From NCBI GenBank assembly GCA_015489395.1, contig WFZV01000001.1, positions 1-36,222 on the forward strand: a stretch of DNA of 36,222 nucleotides. Direction: 5' to 3'. Numbering within the stretch: the stretch's first letter is position 1; every line of letters begins with the position of its first letter. This DNA is from Bacteroidales bacterium. Its GTDB lineage: Bacteria; Bacteroidota; Bacteroidia; Bacteroidales; S143-33. The position numbers and the translations under genes are program-made. The notes beneath the pieces are model-generated. The model had not been told where the DNA came from and searched no databases. It worked only from the letters and a program-made list of their open reading frames with translations. Below are positions 27,641 through 36,222 of the stretch, one piece after another.

Positions 27641-27816
27641 CAAGCGGCAATAGGCTCTTATGTCAGCGGGTATTTAGCGTTTGTCAGTGTGATTTTTCGA
27701 GAAATTTTTAGTGATCAGGTTCAGGGTATTGGCGTAATGAGGAATATACGTGTTGAGCTGGTCGTATTGTCGTTTGCTTTTTGAGACTTAAAGTTTAAAA
27801 TGTTAAATCAGAAGCA

Positions 27817-29181
27817 ATGAAAAGCAGGTACTTATTTCTGTTCATTCTACTGGCTTTTTTGTCATGCGGAAAAAAAGATTCGCACAGTTCAGGGCAATCG
27901 GCAAAATTCAACGCTTATCCGTTGGACACAGCAATAGTTGTACGAGAGGCGGCAGATACAACACAGAGCTACGTGTTGTATCTGCCGCCACAGTATAAGA
28001 ACGACGGCAGTTTTCCGGTGATTTTTGCTTTTGACTCGCAGGGAAACGGAGGAAAGATGGTTAAATGGCTCATGCCAGCAGCTCGTCGCTATGGTTACGT
28101 GATTGCCGGGTCGAATAATTTTAAGAACAATGTCAAGGACCTGGACAGGATTTTAAGCGGGTTGATGCAGGATTTGTTTAGTCGTTTGAAGGTTAATACT
28201 CAGCGACTTTATAACGCTGGATTTTCTGGTGGCGGCAGGGTAGCAGTGTATTTAACGCAGGTTGATAAGCGTTTTCGTGGAGTTGCCAGTCTTTCGGCAG
28301 GGTTGTCGATAAGTATGCTGGAAAACAAGCAGTTTTGTGCAGCAGCTTTTGCAGGGCGAAATGATTTTAATTATTGGGAAGTTGTGAAAATTTCGCCGCA
28401 AGTGGCACAAAGTTATGGCATACCGTTCTGGTACGCAGTATTTAATGGTGGTCACCAGTATGCACCGCAGATTTATTCGCGATTGACGTTGTTGTGGTTT
28501 GAAGCAAATGCTATGCGCAATGGAGTTGTAAAAAAGCAAAAATCTTTAATTCGTGAGATAAAAGCGGTTTGGGACTCGATAATTGATAGTTCGCAGACTG
28601 TAGAAAGCCAGGTTTGGGCTTATCAAAGTGCTATAAAATTTTTGTCGGGTCTTAAATCAGTTAAAAGGTATCAAAAACAGTTGTCTAAATTGCTCAGCAG
28701 TAGTGAGTACAAGAATTATTTAGCCGAACAAAATGAAATTTATCGTATCGAAACATACTTGCAACAGCAATATGTGCAGGCTTTGAAGCAAAAAGATGTA
28801 AAGTGGTGGCACAAGGAGATTTCAGCTTTAAACCAGAAGATAAAAACAGAAAAAGATTTGAATTACAAAGCAATGTATAATAGGTTAAAAGAGTTTATAA
28901 GCATAGTTTGTTTTTCAATGGCACGTGACTTGATACACAGTGGTTTTTATGATCAGGCAAAACGGATTGTACGTATTTATCAAATGGACGACCCTGAGAA
29001 TCCTGATGTATATTTTTATAAATCGTGTTTGTATATGGTTGAAAATAAGGTAGATTCGGCCAGAGTGGCCTTAGCCAAAGCCAGGAATTTAGGTTTTGAG
29101 AGCTGGAATAGACTAAAAGAGTATCAATGCTTTAGCAATGTTAAAAATGTCGATGATTTTTTGAAAAATGTAAAGAAATGA
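27817..29181 (+). CDS. lipoprotein with an N-terminal alpha/beta-hydrolase (esterase-like) domain and a helical-repeat (TPR-like) C-terminus
   Basis: 454 aa. Lipobox FLSCGKK. YVLYLPPQYKNDGSFPVIFAFDSQGNGG and a GxSxG elbow NAGFSGGGRVAV. The C-terminal half is helical and repeat-like. Confidence 0.55.
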   Translation: MKSRYLFLFILLAFLSCGKKDSHSSGQSAKFNAYPLDTAIVVREAADTTQSYVLYLPPQYKNDGSFPVIFAFDSQGNGGKMVKWLMPAARRYGYVIAGSNNFKNNVKDLDRILSGLMQDLFSRLKVNTQRLYNAGFSGGGRVAVYLTQVDKRFRGVASLSAGLSISMLENKQFCAAAFAGRNDFNYWEVVKISPQVAQSYGIPFWYAVFNGGHQYAPQIYSRLTLLWFEANAMRNGVVKKQKSLIREIKAVWDSIIDSSQTVESQVWAYQSAIKFLSGLKSVKRYQKQLSKLLSSSEYKNYLAEQNEIYRIETYLQQQYVQALKQKDVKWWHKEISALNQKIKTEKDLNYKAMYNRLKEFISIVCFSMARDLIHSGFYDQAKRIVRIYQMDDPENPDVYFYKSCLYMVENKVDSARVALAKARNLGFESWNRLKEYQCFSNVKNVDDFLKNVKK

Positions 29182-29226
29182 TAACTTTGTTATAGTTTTT
29201 TGATAAAAAAGTAATTTTTCGGATAA

Positions 29227-29913
29227 ATGGCTGATTTCAAGACTCATTTGACAATAGGTTCTGCAGTAGGTTTTATTCTGGCGACTTTTAGTTATGTTTG
29301 GCAATGGGTCGATAATGTGCTGTATGCGTTGATAGTGTTTTTAGTGACGTCTATAGCTTCGTTTTTGCCTGATATGGACAGCGATTCAGGGCTACCGGTA
29401 AAGATAATTTTTACAATTTATGGATATTTCGCAGCAGGAGTGACTGTTTATTATACTTATAAACAGGGACTTGGAGTTTTTCTGGGTTTGTTATTGGCAG
29501 CTGTAGTATATTTTTTGGTTTATGTAGTAATAGCCAAAATTTTTGAGAAATATACAAGACATCGTGGGATTTTTCATTCAATACCGGCAGCATTAATATC
29601 TTTTTTTCTGACGTTATATCTTTTAAAGGGCAGCCAAATACCGCTCAGAACGCAATTTGCAATCGCATTGGGAACCTTTGTAGGATATTTAACACACCTG
29701 ATACTTGACGAAATATGGAGTTTGAAGTATATTACAGAAGAGGAAGGACGTGTAAGTCTAAGAGTTAAAAAGAGCTTTGGAACTGCATTGGATTTTGGAT
29801 TTAGTGGTGGTCGCTCGTATTTAGCAGGTTTAATAGCATGGGCTTTGGTTTTTATTCTTTTTTTACTTACTTTATCGACGATAAAACAAATTTATTTTGC
29901 ACTTTTACGTTGA
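29227..29913 (+). CDS. YdjM-family (DUF457) membrane-bound metal-dependent hydrolase
   Basis: 228 aa polytopic protein. THLTIGS near the N-terminus, LPDMDSDSG, HRGIFHS and THLILDE are the conserved His/Asp positions of the family. Confidence 0.7.
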   Translation: MADFKTHLTIGSAVGFILATFSYVWQWVDNVLYALIVFLVTSIASFLPDMDSDSGLPVKIIFTIYGYFAAGVTVYYTYKQGLGVFLGLLLAAVVYFLVYVVIAKIFEKYTRHRGIFHSIPAALISFFLTLYLLKGSQIPLRTQFAIALGTFVGYLTHLILDEIWSLKYITEEEGRVSLRVKKSFGTALDFGFSGGRSYLAGLIAWALVFILFLLTLSTIKQIYFALLR

Positions 29914-29950
29914 ATTTTAATTAGCAATACAATAAAAAACACAATAAACA

Positions 29951-30904
29951 ATGAAACGAGTTAAATATTTAGCTGTATTTTTGCTATCATTTTTTGTGAT
30001 ATTTTCTTCGTGCAAAAAGGGTACAAAGCAGAACACTAACAAGGAATTGGCCAATATTGAGAAAGATACCAGCCAGATTGAACAATTTAACGAACAAGCC
30101 TTTTTCGAACATATTGATCAAAGCAAAGTTGCGCAGATTAACCAGATTATTGCTGGTTTTTCTTCGCCAGTTGAAATCGCTGCAATGATTAAGTCTTATC
30201 ATATTCCGTTCGATAAGGATTATCTGGCTCCTACAAGTCTGATTGATAAATACGACATAAATCTGAAAAAGGCTTTAGGTTTGGGTGTTTTTAGTGCTGA
30301 CCTGGGTTATTTGAATATTTACCATAAAAATTCGCAGATTATTGACTATTTGCAGGCAATTTTTCGTTTGTCCGCTGATTTGCGAGTAGCACAATTCTTT
30401 GATTTTCAAACATTAAAATATCTGGTCACTACCTCGGATAATCTTGATTCATTGCTGTTTTTGTCTGTAAATAGTTTTTACCAGATCGATAATTACTTCC
30501 GTTCGACAAATCGCAGTTATCTAAGCCTTATGGCTGTAACCGGGGTTTGGATTGAAAGTTTTTATTTGCTTACCCAGGTACAAAAAGACAACAAATATGT
30601 TGATTTGCGCAGTCAAATAGGTGGTCAAAAAGATATTTTGAACAAATTGGTCGAATTGCTTGAAGTTTACAAAGGTCATCCAAAGTTCGACTACTTAATT
30701 TCGCAGTTTCAGAAGTTACAAAAGGCTTTTGAACCTGTGCAAATTATTGATAAAAAGGTTAAGGGTAAAACCAGGAAAGTTGTCAATGGTCGTGTAGTTT
30801 TTACCCAGGACATTGAAGCAATTGTAAAGATGGACGAACCGACGTTGGACTCAATAATCCAGACTACTGCGCAAGTTCGTAATGCAGTGATTAACATGCC
30901 ATAG
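29951..30904 (+). CDS. hypothetical lipoprotein, predicted all-alpha
   Basis: 317 aa. Lipobox FSSCKKG. No motif I recognise. Starts 37 nt after the YdjM-like gene. Confidence 0.6.
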   Translation: MKRVKYLAVFLLSFFVIFSSCKKGTKQNTNKELANIEKDTSQIEQFNEQAFFEHIDQSKVAQINQIIAGFSSPVEIAAMIKSYHIPFDKDYLAPTSLIDKYDINLKKALGLGVFSADLGYLNIYHKNSQIIDYLQAIFRLSADLRVAQFFDFQTLKYLVTTSDNLDSLLFLSVNSFYQIDNYFRSTNRSYLSLMAVTGVWIESFYLLTQVQKDNKYVDLRSQIGGQKDILNKLVELLEVYKGHPKFDYLISQFQKLQKAFEPVQIIDKKVKGKTRKVVNGRVVFTQDIEAIVKMDEPTLDSIIQTTAQVRNAVINMP

Positions 30905-30944
30905 TCTAAGCCTGGCACGAATTTTTGATTAATTGCAAAAGTAG

Positions 30945-30995
30945 CTGTTACCTTTGGCGTACTGAGTTTGCGTCGAGGGTAACAGTTTGCTTTTT
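30945..30995 (+). terminator. candidate intrinsic terminator
   Basis: 30945-30959 pairs with 30971-30985 over 15 bp, including 3 G-U wobbles, with core CTGTTACC/GGTAACAG. An 11-nt loop is followed by TTTGCTTTTT. Confidence 0.5.
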
Positions 30996-31120
30996 ATTGA
31001 ATTAGGGAATGAATCAAATTCTTAATTTTCAACAAAAACAGCTTAATATAAATCAAAGCGTTTTTGCACGCCAGGAAAATTTTTTTATTTTGAGACGGTT
31101 TTTAAAAATTTACTTGAATT

Positions 31121-32806
31121 ATGTCTAAATCTGCAAAAAAGAAGCAAGATAAGCAGAAAAAGCCGCCTAAAACAGTTAAAATTTTCAAGTTCGAAATCAA
31201 GGTTAAATCGCTTTTCTGGTACCTGTTTTACTCGATTACATGGTTGCTGCTGGTTATCTGGATAGGCAATTGGTGGCTTTTATTATTCGAATTGGTGCTT
31301 TTTGATTATTATTTTACCAAAAAAGTTAATTGGATTTTTTGGCGAAAACGTGGTAAAAAGCCAACTAAAGCCGGCGAATGGATTGATGCTATAATCTATG
31401 CGGTTGTGGTTGCCAGCATAATTCGAATGTTTTTAATAGAGGCTTATTTGATACCGACTTCGTCCATGGAGCGTACATTGCTGGTCGGCGATTATCTTTT
31501 TGTTAGCAAATACCACTATGGTCCGCGACTGCCAATGACGCCGTTAAGCGTGCCTTTGGTGCATAATACTTTGCCAGGCACGAAAAATATCCCATCGTAC
31601 ATAAGCGCTGTTAGGTTGAAATACAAACGCTTGAAAGGCCTTACCACTGTTAAGCATCACGATATTGTAGTTTTTAATTTTCCTGAAGGTGACACTGTTT
31701 TAGCCAATTTCCCAAATCTTGATTATTACGATTTTGTTCGTCAATATGGCTGGAAAGCTGTAACAGAAGACCAGGTGGTTGATCCAAATACAGGCATGGT
31801 GCGAAGGGGCGTTTTTGGACGAAAAATTTACCGTCCTCCTGACAAAACCGACAATTATGTCAAACGTTGTATTGGTTTACCCGGCGATACCCTGCAAGTG
31901 ATTAATGCTCAGGTTTATATCAATGGCAAAAAAGACGCGCCAATCAAGCACATGATGCTTAAATACATAATCGTAACGAAAAATTTGCCGTTGAATCAGC
32001 GTTACTTGCGTTCTATCGGCGTTTCAGAGGAATATCTGCGGCAAATGTACAATATCCCGAGCGAAGTTTTGTACTTTATGCCTGAGTTGAAGAATTACAA
32101 TTTGCAGAATGCTGTTATTCTGCCTCTGGACAAAGAGCAATTAACCAAAATCAAACGAATTCGTGATGTCGTTTTTCTTAAGCCAGTTATCCAGCCTAAA
32201 TGGTGGACTGACGAGTTTATCTTTCCACATGTACGAAACATTTACACAGTGACTGATACATTGAAAAAGTTTCTATTGGCCAATGGCATTAAGCCAGAAA
32301 TTGTTAAGAAATTGGACGACTTGAAGGGCAAATATGTCGATAAACAGAAGTTTTTGGACGTTTTTCACTATTTATTTGCCGACAGCTTGAACAGACTTTT
32401 ACCCGGATTTATGCAACTTGGAAATACATCGGATATAGCATGGAACCGCGATAATTTCGGACCTATCTGGATACCTAAGAAAGGCGCAACAATCAAGCTG
32501 ACTTTAGACAACTTACCACTTTACCAGCGCATAATTCAGGTTTATGAAGGCAATAAGCTGACTGTGCGCGATGGAAAAATTTATATTAATGGCAAACAGA
32601 CTGATAAATACACGTTTAAGTGGAATTATTACTTTATGATGGGCGACAACCGTGATAATTCTGCCGATTCACGTTTTTGGGGCTTTGTGCCTGAAACACA
32701 CATTGTTGGTACGCCAATCATAATCTGGCTTTCGATCGACAAATACGCTCCACTTACTAAACGTATTCGCTGGAACCGTATGTTTAAGCTGGTGCGTGGT
32801 ATGTAA
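31121..32806 (+). CDS. lepB: signal peptidase I (long Bacteroidota type)
   Basis: 561 aa. Lys-rich N-terminus plus TM segments. Catalytic Ser segment [20 protein letters not shown], Lys segment [11 protein letters not shown], and box [22 protein letters not shown]. Confidence 0.93.
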   Translation: MSKSAKKKQDKQKKPPKTVKIFKFEIKVKSLFWYLFYSITWLLLVIWIGNWWLLLFELVLFDYYFTKKVNWIFWRKRGKKPTKAGEWIDAIIYAVVVASIIRMFLIEAYLIPTSSMERTLLVGDYLFVSKYHYGPRLPMTPLSVPLVHNTLPGTKNIPSYISAVRLKYKRLKGLTTVKHHDIVVFNFPEGDTVLANFPNLDYYDFVRQYGWKAVTEDQVVDPNTGMVRRGVFGRKIYRPPDKTDNYVKRCIGLPGDTLQVINAQVYINGKKDAPIKHMMLKYIIVTKNLPLNQRYLRSIGVSEEYLRQMYNIPSEVLYFMPELKNYNLQNAVILPLDKEQLTKIKRIRDVVFLKPVIQPKWWTDEFIFPHVRNIYTVTDTLKKFLLANGIKPEIVKKLDDLKGKYVDKQKFLDVFHYLFADSLNRLLPGFMQLGNTSDIAWNRDNFGPIWIPKKGATIKLTLDNLPLYQRIIQVYEGNKLTVRDGKIYINGKQTDKYTFKWNYYFMMGDNRDNSADSRFWGFVPETHIVGTPIIIWLSIDKYAPLTKRIRWNRMFKLVRGM

Positions 32807-32819
32807 AGCGAAAGAAGAT

Positions 32820-34970
32820 TTATTCGCTGGTTTCCTGATTCTGGTTCAAAGCGCGTAGGGATAGACCTATGCGCTTTCTTTCTATGTCGATGGAGATGAT
32901 TTTGACACGGACGTGTTGGTGAACGTGAAGTATCTGGTTTGGGTCAGTGACGTAATGGTCAGCCATTTCGGAGATATGAACCAGTCCGTTTTCTTTAATG
33001 CCAATGTCGATAAAAGCACCGAAATTCGTTACATTTTTGACTATGCCTGGTACCACCATGCCAACTTTTAAGTCGTGGATTGATTGTATGTTTGGGTCGA
33101 ATTCCAGTACTTTAAAGTCCTGCCGTGGGTCTCGTCCAGGTTTTTCCAGTTCTTTGATAATGTCGCGTAATGTTTGTATGCCGGTGTTCTGATCGATATA
33201 GTTTTCTAATTTTATTTTCCCAAGCAGCTGTTTGTTGCCGATAAGGTTTTTGACATTTACGCCCAGGTCTTTAGCCATTTTTTCGACAATGTAATAGCTT
33301 TCGGGATGTACAGCGCTTGCGTCCAGTGGATTTTCACCATCTGTAATTCTGAGGAATCCTGCTGCTTGCTGGAAAGTTTTTGGTCCGACTAATTTAACGT
33401 TAAGAAGTTGTTTGCGATTGGTGAATCGTCCGTTTTGTTCGCGGTATTTAACAATGTTTTCTGCTATGGTTTTGCCAATTCCTGAAACGTACATTAGCAA
33501 GTATTTAGAAGCAGTATTGAGGTCAACGCCAATTTGATTAACGGTATATTCGACAGTACGGTCCAGGGCTTGTTTAAGCAGTTTTTGGTCAACGTCGTGT
33601 TGGTATTGGCCAACGCCCAGGGATTTAGGGTCGATTTTAACCAGTTCGGACAGGGGGTCTAAAAGCCGTCGGCCTATGGATACTGCGCCGCGCACAGTGA
33701 CATCGTAGTCGGGGAATTCTTCTCGTGCAACCTGGGATGCTGAGTAGATGGAAGCGCCACTTTCGTCAACGATATAGATTTTGACCGGGTGTGGATATCG
33801 GATTTTTTTGAGGAATCGTTCAGTTTCACGGCTTGCTGTACCATTGCCCAGGGCAATGACCTGTATTTTGTATTGTTCGACCAGACGAGAGATAGTTTTA
33901 GCAGCTTTCCATGCTTCTTTAGGGTCATTATGTGGGTAAATTGTGGTGTTGAAGAGCAAATCGCCTTGTTCGTTGAGAGTAACGACTTTGCAGCCAGTTT
34001 TGAATCCTGGGTCAATAGATAGAACGCGTTTTTTGCCTAATGGCGGAGCCATGAGCAAATGTCGCAGGTTTTGCTTAAAAACTTCAATAGCTTTGAGGTC
34101 GGCCTGGAGTTTGATTTTTTGTCTGAGTTCGTTTTCCAGTGATGGTTTTAGCAGTCTGTTGTATGCGTCGTTGATAGATAGCTCGACCTGTTGGGCGGCA
34201 GCGTTGTTGGTTTTAAGGTATTTTTGTCTAATAATGTTGAGGGCTTGCTGTTTGTCAGGAGCAATGTTGAGGTGGATGAAGCCTTGTTTTTCGGCACGGA
34301 ATATTGCCAGCAGCCTGTGGGATTTGATTTTGGTAACAGGTTCGCTGTAATCAAAGTAGTCTTTGTATTTGATGCCCTGCTGTTGTTTGTCTTTGATTAC
34401 TTTAGTTTTGACCAGGCTTTTTGTTTCAAAGAGTTTTCGCAGGATTTTGCGTAGTTCAGTGTCTTGATTGATGATTTCGGCGATGATATAGCGTGCGCCT
34501 TGAAGTGCTTGTTCGGTAGTTTTGACTTTGTCGTTCAGGAAGTTTCTGGACAGTTCGATAGGGTCGATGTTTTGTTGCCTGAGGATTTGCAGGGCTAAAG
34601 GTTCAAGGCCTAATTTTCTGGCCTGTTGGGCTTTTGTTTGTCGTTTGGGTTTAAAAGGTAAATAAAGGTCTTCAAGTTCGCTAAGAGTTTGAGCTTTAAT
34701 GATTTTAGCTTTTAATTCAGGAGTAAGTTTACCTTGTTGGTCAATGGTTTTTAAAATAAATTCTCGTCGATTATCAATTTCGATGAGTTGTTGTTCTAAG
34801 TCGTGGATTTGTTCTATTTGTACTTCGTTGAGATTACCGGTTTGGTCTTTTCGGTACCGGGCAATGAATGGTATTGTAGCTCCGTTGTGGAGCAGGTAAA
34901 GTGTGTTTTCAACCTGTGATGGGTTAATATTAAGTTGGTTGGCAATGATTTGAACATGATTTTGGTTCAC
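32820..34970 (-). CDS. tex: Tex-like transcription accessory protein (S1 RNA-binding domain protein)
   Basis: 716 aa with a GTG start at 34970. TIPFIARYRKDQTGNL, YqgF/RuvC-like SIDPGFKTGCKV, an HhH region, and C-terminal S1 domain GMVVPGIVKNVTNFGAFIDIG. Confidence 0.93.
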   Translation of the reverse strand: MNQNHVQIIANQLNINPSQVENTLYLLHNGATIPFIARYRKDQTGNLNEVQIEQIHDLEQQLIEIDNRREFILKTIDQQGKLTPELKAKIIKAQTLSELEDLYLPFKPKRQTKAQQARKLGLEPLALQILRQQNIDPIELSRNFLNDKVKTTEQALQGARYIIAEIINQDTELRKILRKLFETKSLVKTKVIKDKQQQGIKYKDYFDYSEPVTKIKSHRLLAIFRAEKQGFIHLNIAPDKQQALNIIRQKYLKTNNAAAQQVELSINDAYNRLLKPSLENELRQKIKLQADLKAIEVFKQNLRHLLMAPPLGKKRVLSIDPGFKTGCKVVTLNEQGDLLFNTTIYPHNDPKEAWKAAKTISRLVEQYKIQVIALGNGTASRETERFLKKIRYPHPVKIYIVDESGASIYSASQVAREEFPDYDVTVRGAVSIGRRLLDPLSELVKIDPKSLGVGQYQHDVDQKLLKQALDRTVEYTVNQIGVDLNTASKYLLMYVSGIGKTIAENIVKYREQNGRFTNRKQLLNVKLVGPKTFQQAAGFLRITDGENPLDASAVHPESYYIVEKMAKDLGVNVKNLIGNKQLLGKIKLENYIDQNTGIQTLRDIIKELEKPGRDPRQDFKVLEFDPNIQSIHDLKVGMVVPGIVKNVTNFGAFIDIGIKENGLVHISEMADHYVTDPNQILHVHQHVRVKIISIDIERKRIGLSLRALNQNQETSE

Positions 34971-34992
34971 CTGTCAAAAAATTAATTTTATC

Positions 34993-35000
34993 CAAAATTA
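34993..35000 (-). promoter_or_regulatory. candidate -7 promoter box for tex
   Basis: The minus strand reads TAATTTTG (TAnnTTTG), 22 nt upstream of GTG 34970. Confidence 0.3.
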
Positions 35001-35087
35001 TTAGAATTTTGCTGATTGAAAAAAGGTTTTACTCATAATATTTGAACGTTAGATAAAAAATTCTTTTGTTTGGGTTGAAATATTAGT

Positions 35088-35095
35088 TAAATTTG
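35088..35095 (+). promoter_or_regulatory. candidate -7 promoter box for the BASS transporter gene
   Basis: TAAATTTG (TAnnTTTG) lies 26 nt upstream of ATG 35122. TTTG motifs at 35065-35072 sit at about -33 spacing. Confidence 0.35.
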
Positions 35096-35121
35096 TTAAA
35101 ATTTTTGTAGAGGTTCGGGTT

Positions 35122-36126
35122 ATGTATGAGCAGTTGGCGGCTCTTGATAGTATAAGGATTAATTTTAGCGCCAGATCGCAGATGATTATTAATATTGCTC
35201 TGGCGATTATAATGTTTGGTGTTGCTTTGGGTTTACGTGTTTCTGGATTTAAGCGGGTTTTGAAGCATCCCAAAATGTTTCTAACAGGCTTGACTTCGCA
35301 GTTAATTTTGTTACCTGCCTTTACATTTGTTCTGGTTTACTTATTACGGGATTATCTAACAGCTAGTGTGGCAATGGGTATGATTTTAGTTGCTGCTTGT
35401 CCTGGAGGTAATATTTCGAATTTTATGTCGTCTTTAGCTAATGCAAATACTGAATTATCAATAACTTTGACCTCGATAACAACATTATTAGCTGTTTTTA
35501 CAACTCCGTTTAATTTTGCTTTTTGGGGAAATTTGTATGCACACGCATCGAATCTGGTTAGGCCTCTGCATATACCCTTCTGGGAGATGTTTAAAATTGT
35601 AATGTTGCTTCTGGGTGTACCGATGATGTTGGGACTTTTTGTGGCCTGGAAGTTTCCTAAAGTAGCTGAAAAGTTGAAAAACTTTTTTAAATGGCTGGGG
35701 ATAATTTTCTTCGTGATATTAATTATTTTAGCTTTGGTGGCCAATTACAAGTTGTTTTTAAAACACATCAAATTTATCTTTATCCTGGTTTTGATTCATA
35801 ATGCCTTAGCTTTTTCCATAGGTTATTTTTTCAGTGCAGCCATGGGATTGAAGTACAAAGAGCGAAAAACAATCGCAATTGAGACAGGCATACAGAATTC
35901 TGGACTTGCACTGGTTTTAATTTTTAATCCTAAAATATTCCCCCCGGAATTAAACATCGGCGGAATGATGTTCATCGCTGGATGGTGGGGAATATGGCAT
36001 ATTATTGCGGGTTTGACTTTAGCTAAATTTTGGTTGCATCGAGATATTTACAAATATAAGAAAATCAAATATTTACGAAACTTTTTAAATAGAAAATTTA
36101 ATACTTATGAAAATACCAAACATTGA
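35122..36126 (+). CDS. bile acid:sodium symporter (BASS/SBF) family transporter
   Basis: 334 aa polytopic protein. VAACPGGNISNFMS and IETGIQNSGLALVL are the two signature crossover-helix motifs of the family. Confidence 0.8.
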   Translation: MYEQLAALDSIRINFSARSQMIINIALAIIMFGVALGLRVSGFKRVLKHPKMFLTGLTSQLILLPAFTFVLVYLLRDYLTASVAMGMILVAACPGGNISNFMSSLANANTELSITLTSITTLLAVFTTPFNFAFWGNLYAHASNLVRPLHIPFWEMFKIVMLLLGVPMMLGLFVAWKFPKVAEKLKNFFKWLGIIFFVILIILALVANYKLFLKHIKFIFILVLIHNALAFSIGYFFSAAMGLKYKERKTIAIETGIQNSGLALVLIFNPKIFPPELNIGGMMFIAGWWGIWHIIAGLTLAKFWLHRDIYKYKKIKYLRNFLNRKFNTYENTKH

Positions 36127-36222
36127 AAAATATGACTTCTCACATACTCTTATCAAACCATTTTTAGACATTTACCACGATTGGATTTTTAACCAGAGAC
36201 ATTATAAACTCAACAAACACAA
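36107..36222 (+). CDS. hypothetical protein, 3-prime truncated by the window edge
   Basis: ATG at 36107 opens a frame (MKIPNIEKYDFSHTLIKPFLDIYHDWIFNQRHYKLNKH...) that runs to the window end without a stop and overlaps the BASS stop by 20 nt. Too short to assign. Confidence 0.3.
   Translation, partial: MKIPNIEKYDFSHTLIKPFLDIYHDWIFNQRHYKLNKH

Noticed and set aside
32807-32828. 6-bp stem (AGCGAA/TTCGCT) spanning the 13-nt gap between the convergent lepB and tex stops.
   Set aside because: The stem is too short and weak, with a 10-nt loop and no U-tract, to call a terminator.
33674-34454. Cluster of antisense or alternate-frame ORFs (33674..34015 -, 33789..34022 +, 33943..34350 +, 34148..34354 -, 34191..34454 +).
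   Set aside because: All fall inside tex, whose translation shows continuous family motifs through this region. The competing ORFs have no motifs and skewed composition.
35352-35744. 130-aa minus-strand ORF.
   Set aside because: It is antisense to the BASS transporter gene, which has both signature motifs. There is no start context or domain.
1-36222. Scan for CRISPR arrays, IS elements, transposases, integrases, tRNA/rRNA genes, phage modules, restriction-modification or other defence genes.
   Set aside because: None seen. There are no regularly spaced direct repeats, no DDE or tyrosine-recombinase-like translations in the ORF track, and no long terminal inverted repeats. Apart from the hairpin family, the window looks like core chromosome.

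Overview
AT-rich chromosomal segment, most likely from a Bacteroidota genome. Support for that: two secreted proteins end in T9SS-type C-terminal sorting domains, a TonB-dependent receptor has a CarboxypepD_reg-like N-terminus, signal peptidase I is the long Bacteroides-type form, and several genes have TAnnTTTG -7 boxes upstream. About 30 CDS are supported. High-confidence housekeeping genes are uvrA, mgtE, katG, lepB and tex. Other calls are an APC permease, a BASS-family transporter, an e(P4)-type acid phosphatase, a YdjM-like membrane hydrolase and a DjlA-like J-domain membrane protein. I found no rRNA, tRNA, CRISPR array, transposase, integrase or recognisable defence gene. I cannot point to one clear-cut novel system. 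The best candidates are: (1) a tightly packed six-gene minus-strand operon (9670-13874) joining an Isf-like flavoprotein, OsmC and a small thioredoxin-like protein to ChrA, a TauE/TSUP permease and an OprO/P-like porin; (2) a locus pairing a secreted EEP nuclease with a TonB-dependent receptor and an OB-fold-like/choice-of-anchor-J-like lipoprotein, with an orphan SiaB-like GHKL protein co-transcribed with the nuclease and an e(P4) nucleotidase nearby; (3) katG and its upstream region, which holds a perfect 9-1-9 Fur/PerR-type palindrome, bracketed by two near-identical 34-nt GC-rich hairpin repeats that belong to a recurrent CGGCTGCC-stem family. All functional calls come from motif recognition by eye on the supplied translations, and none has been checked against a database.
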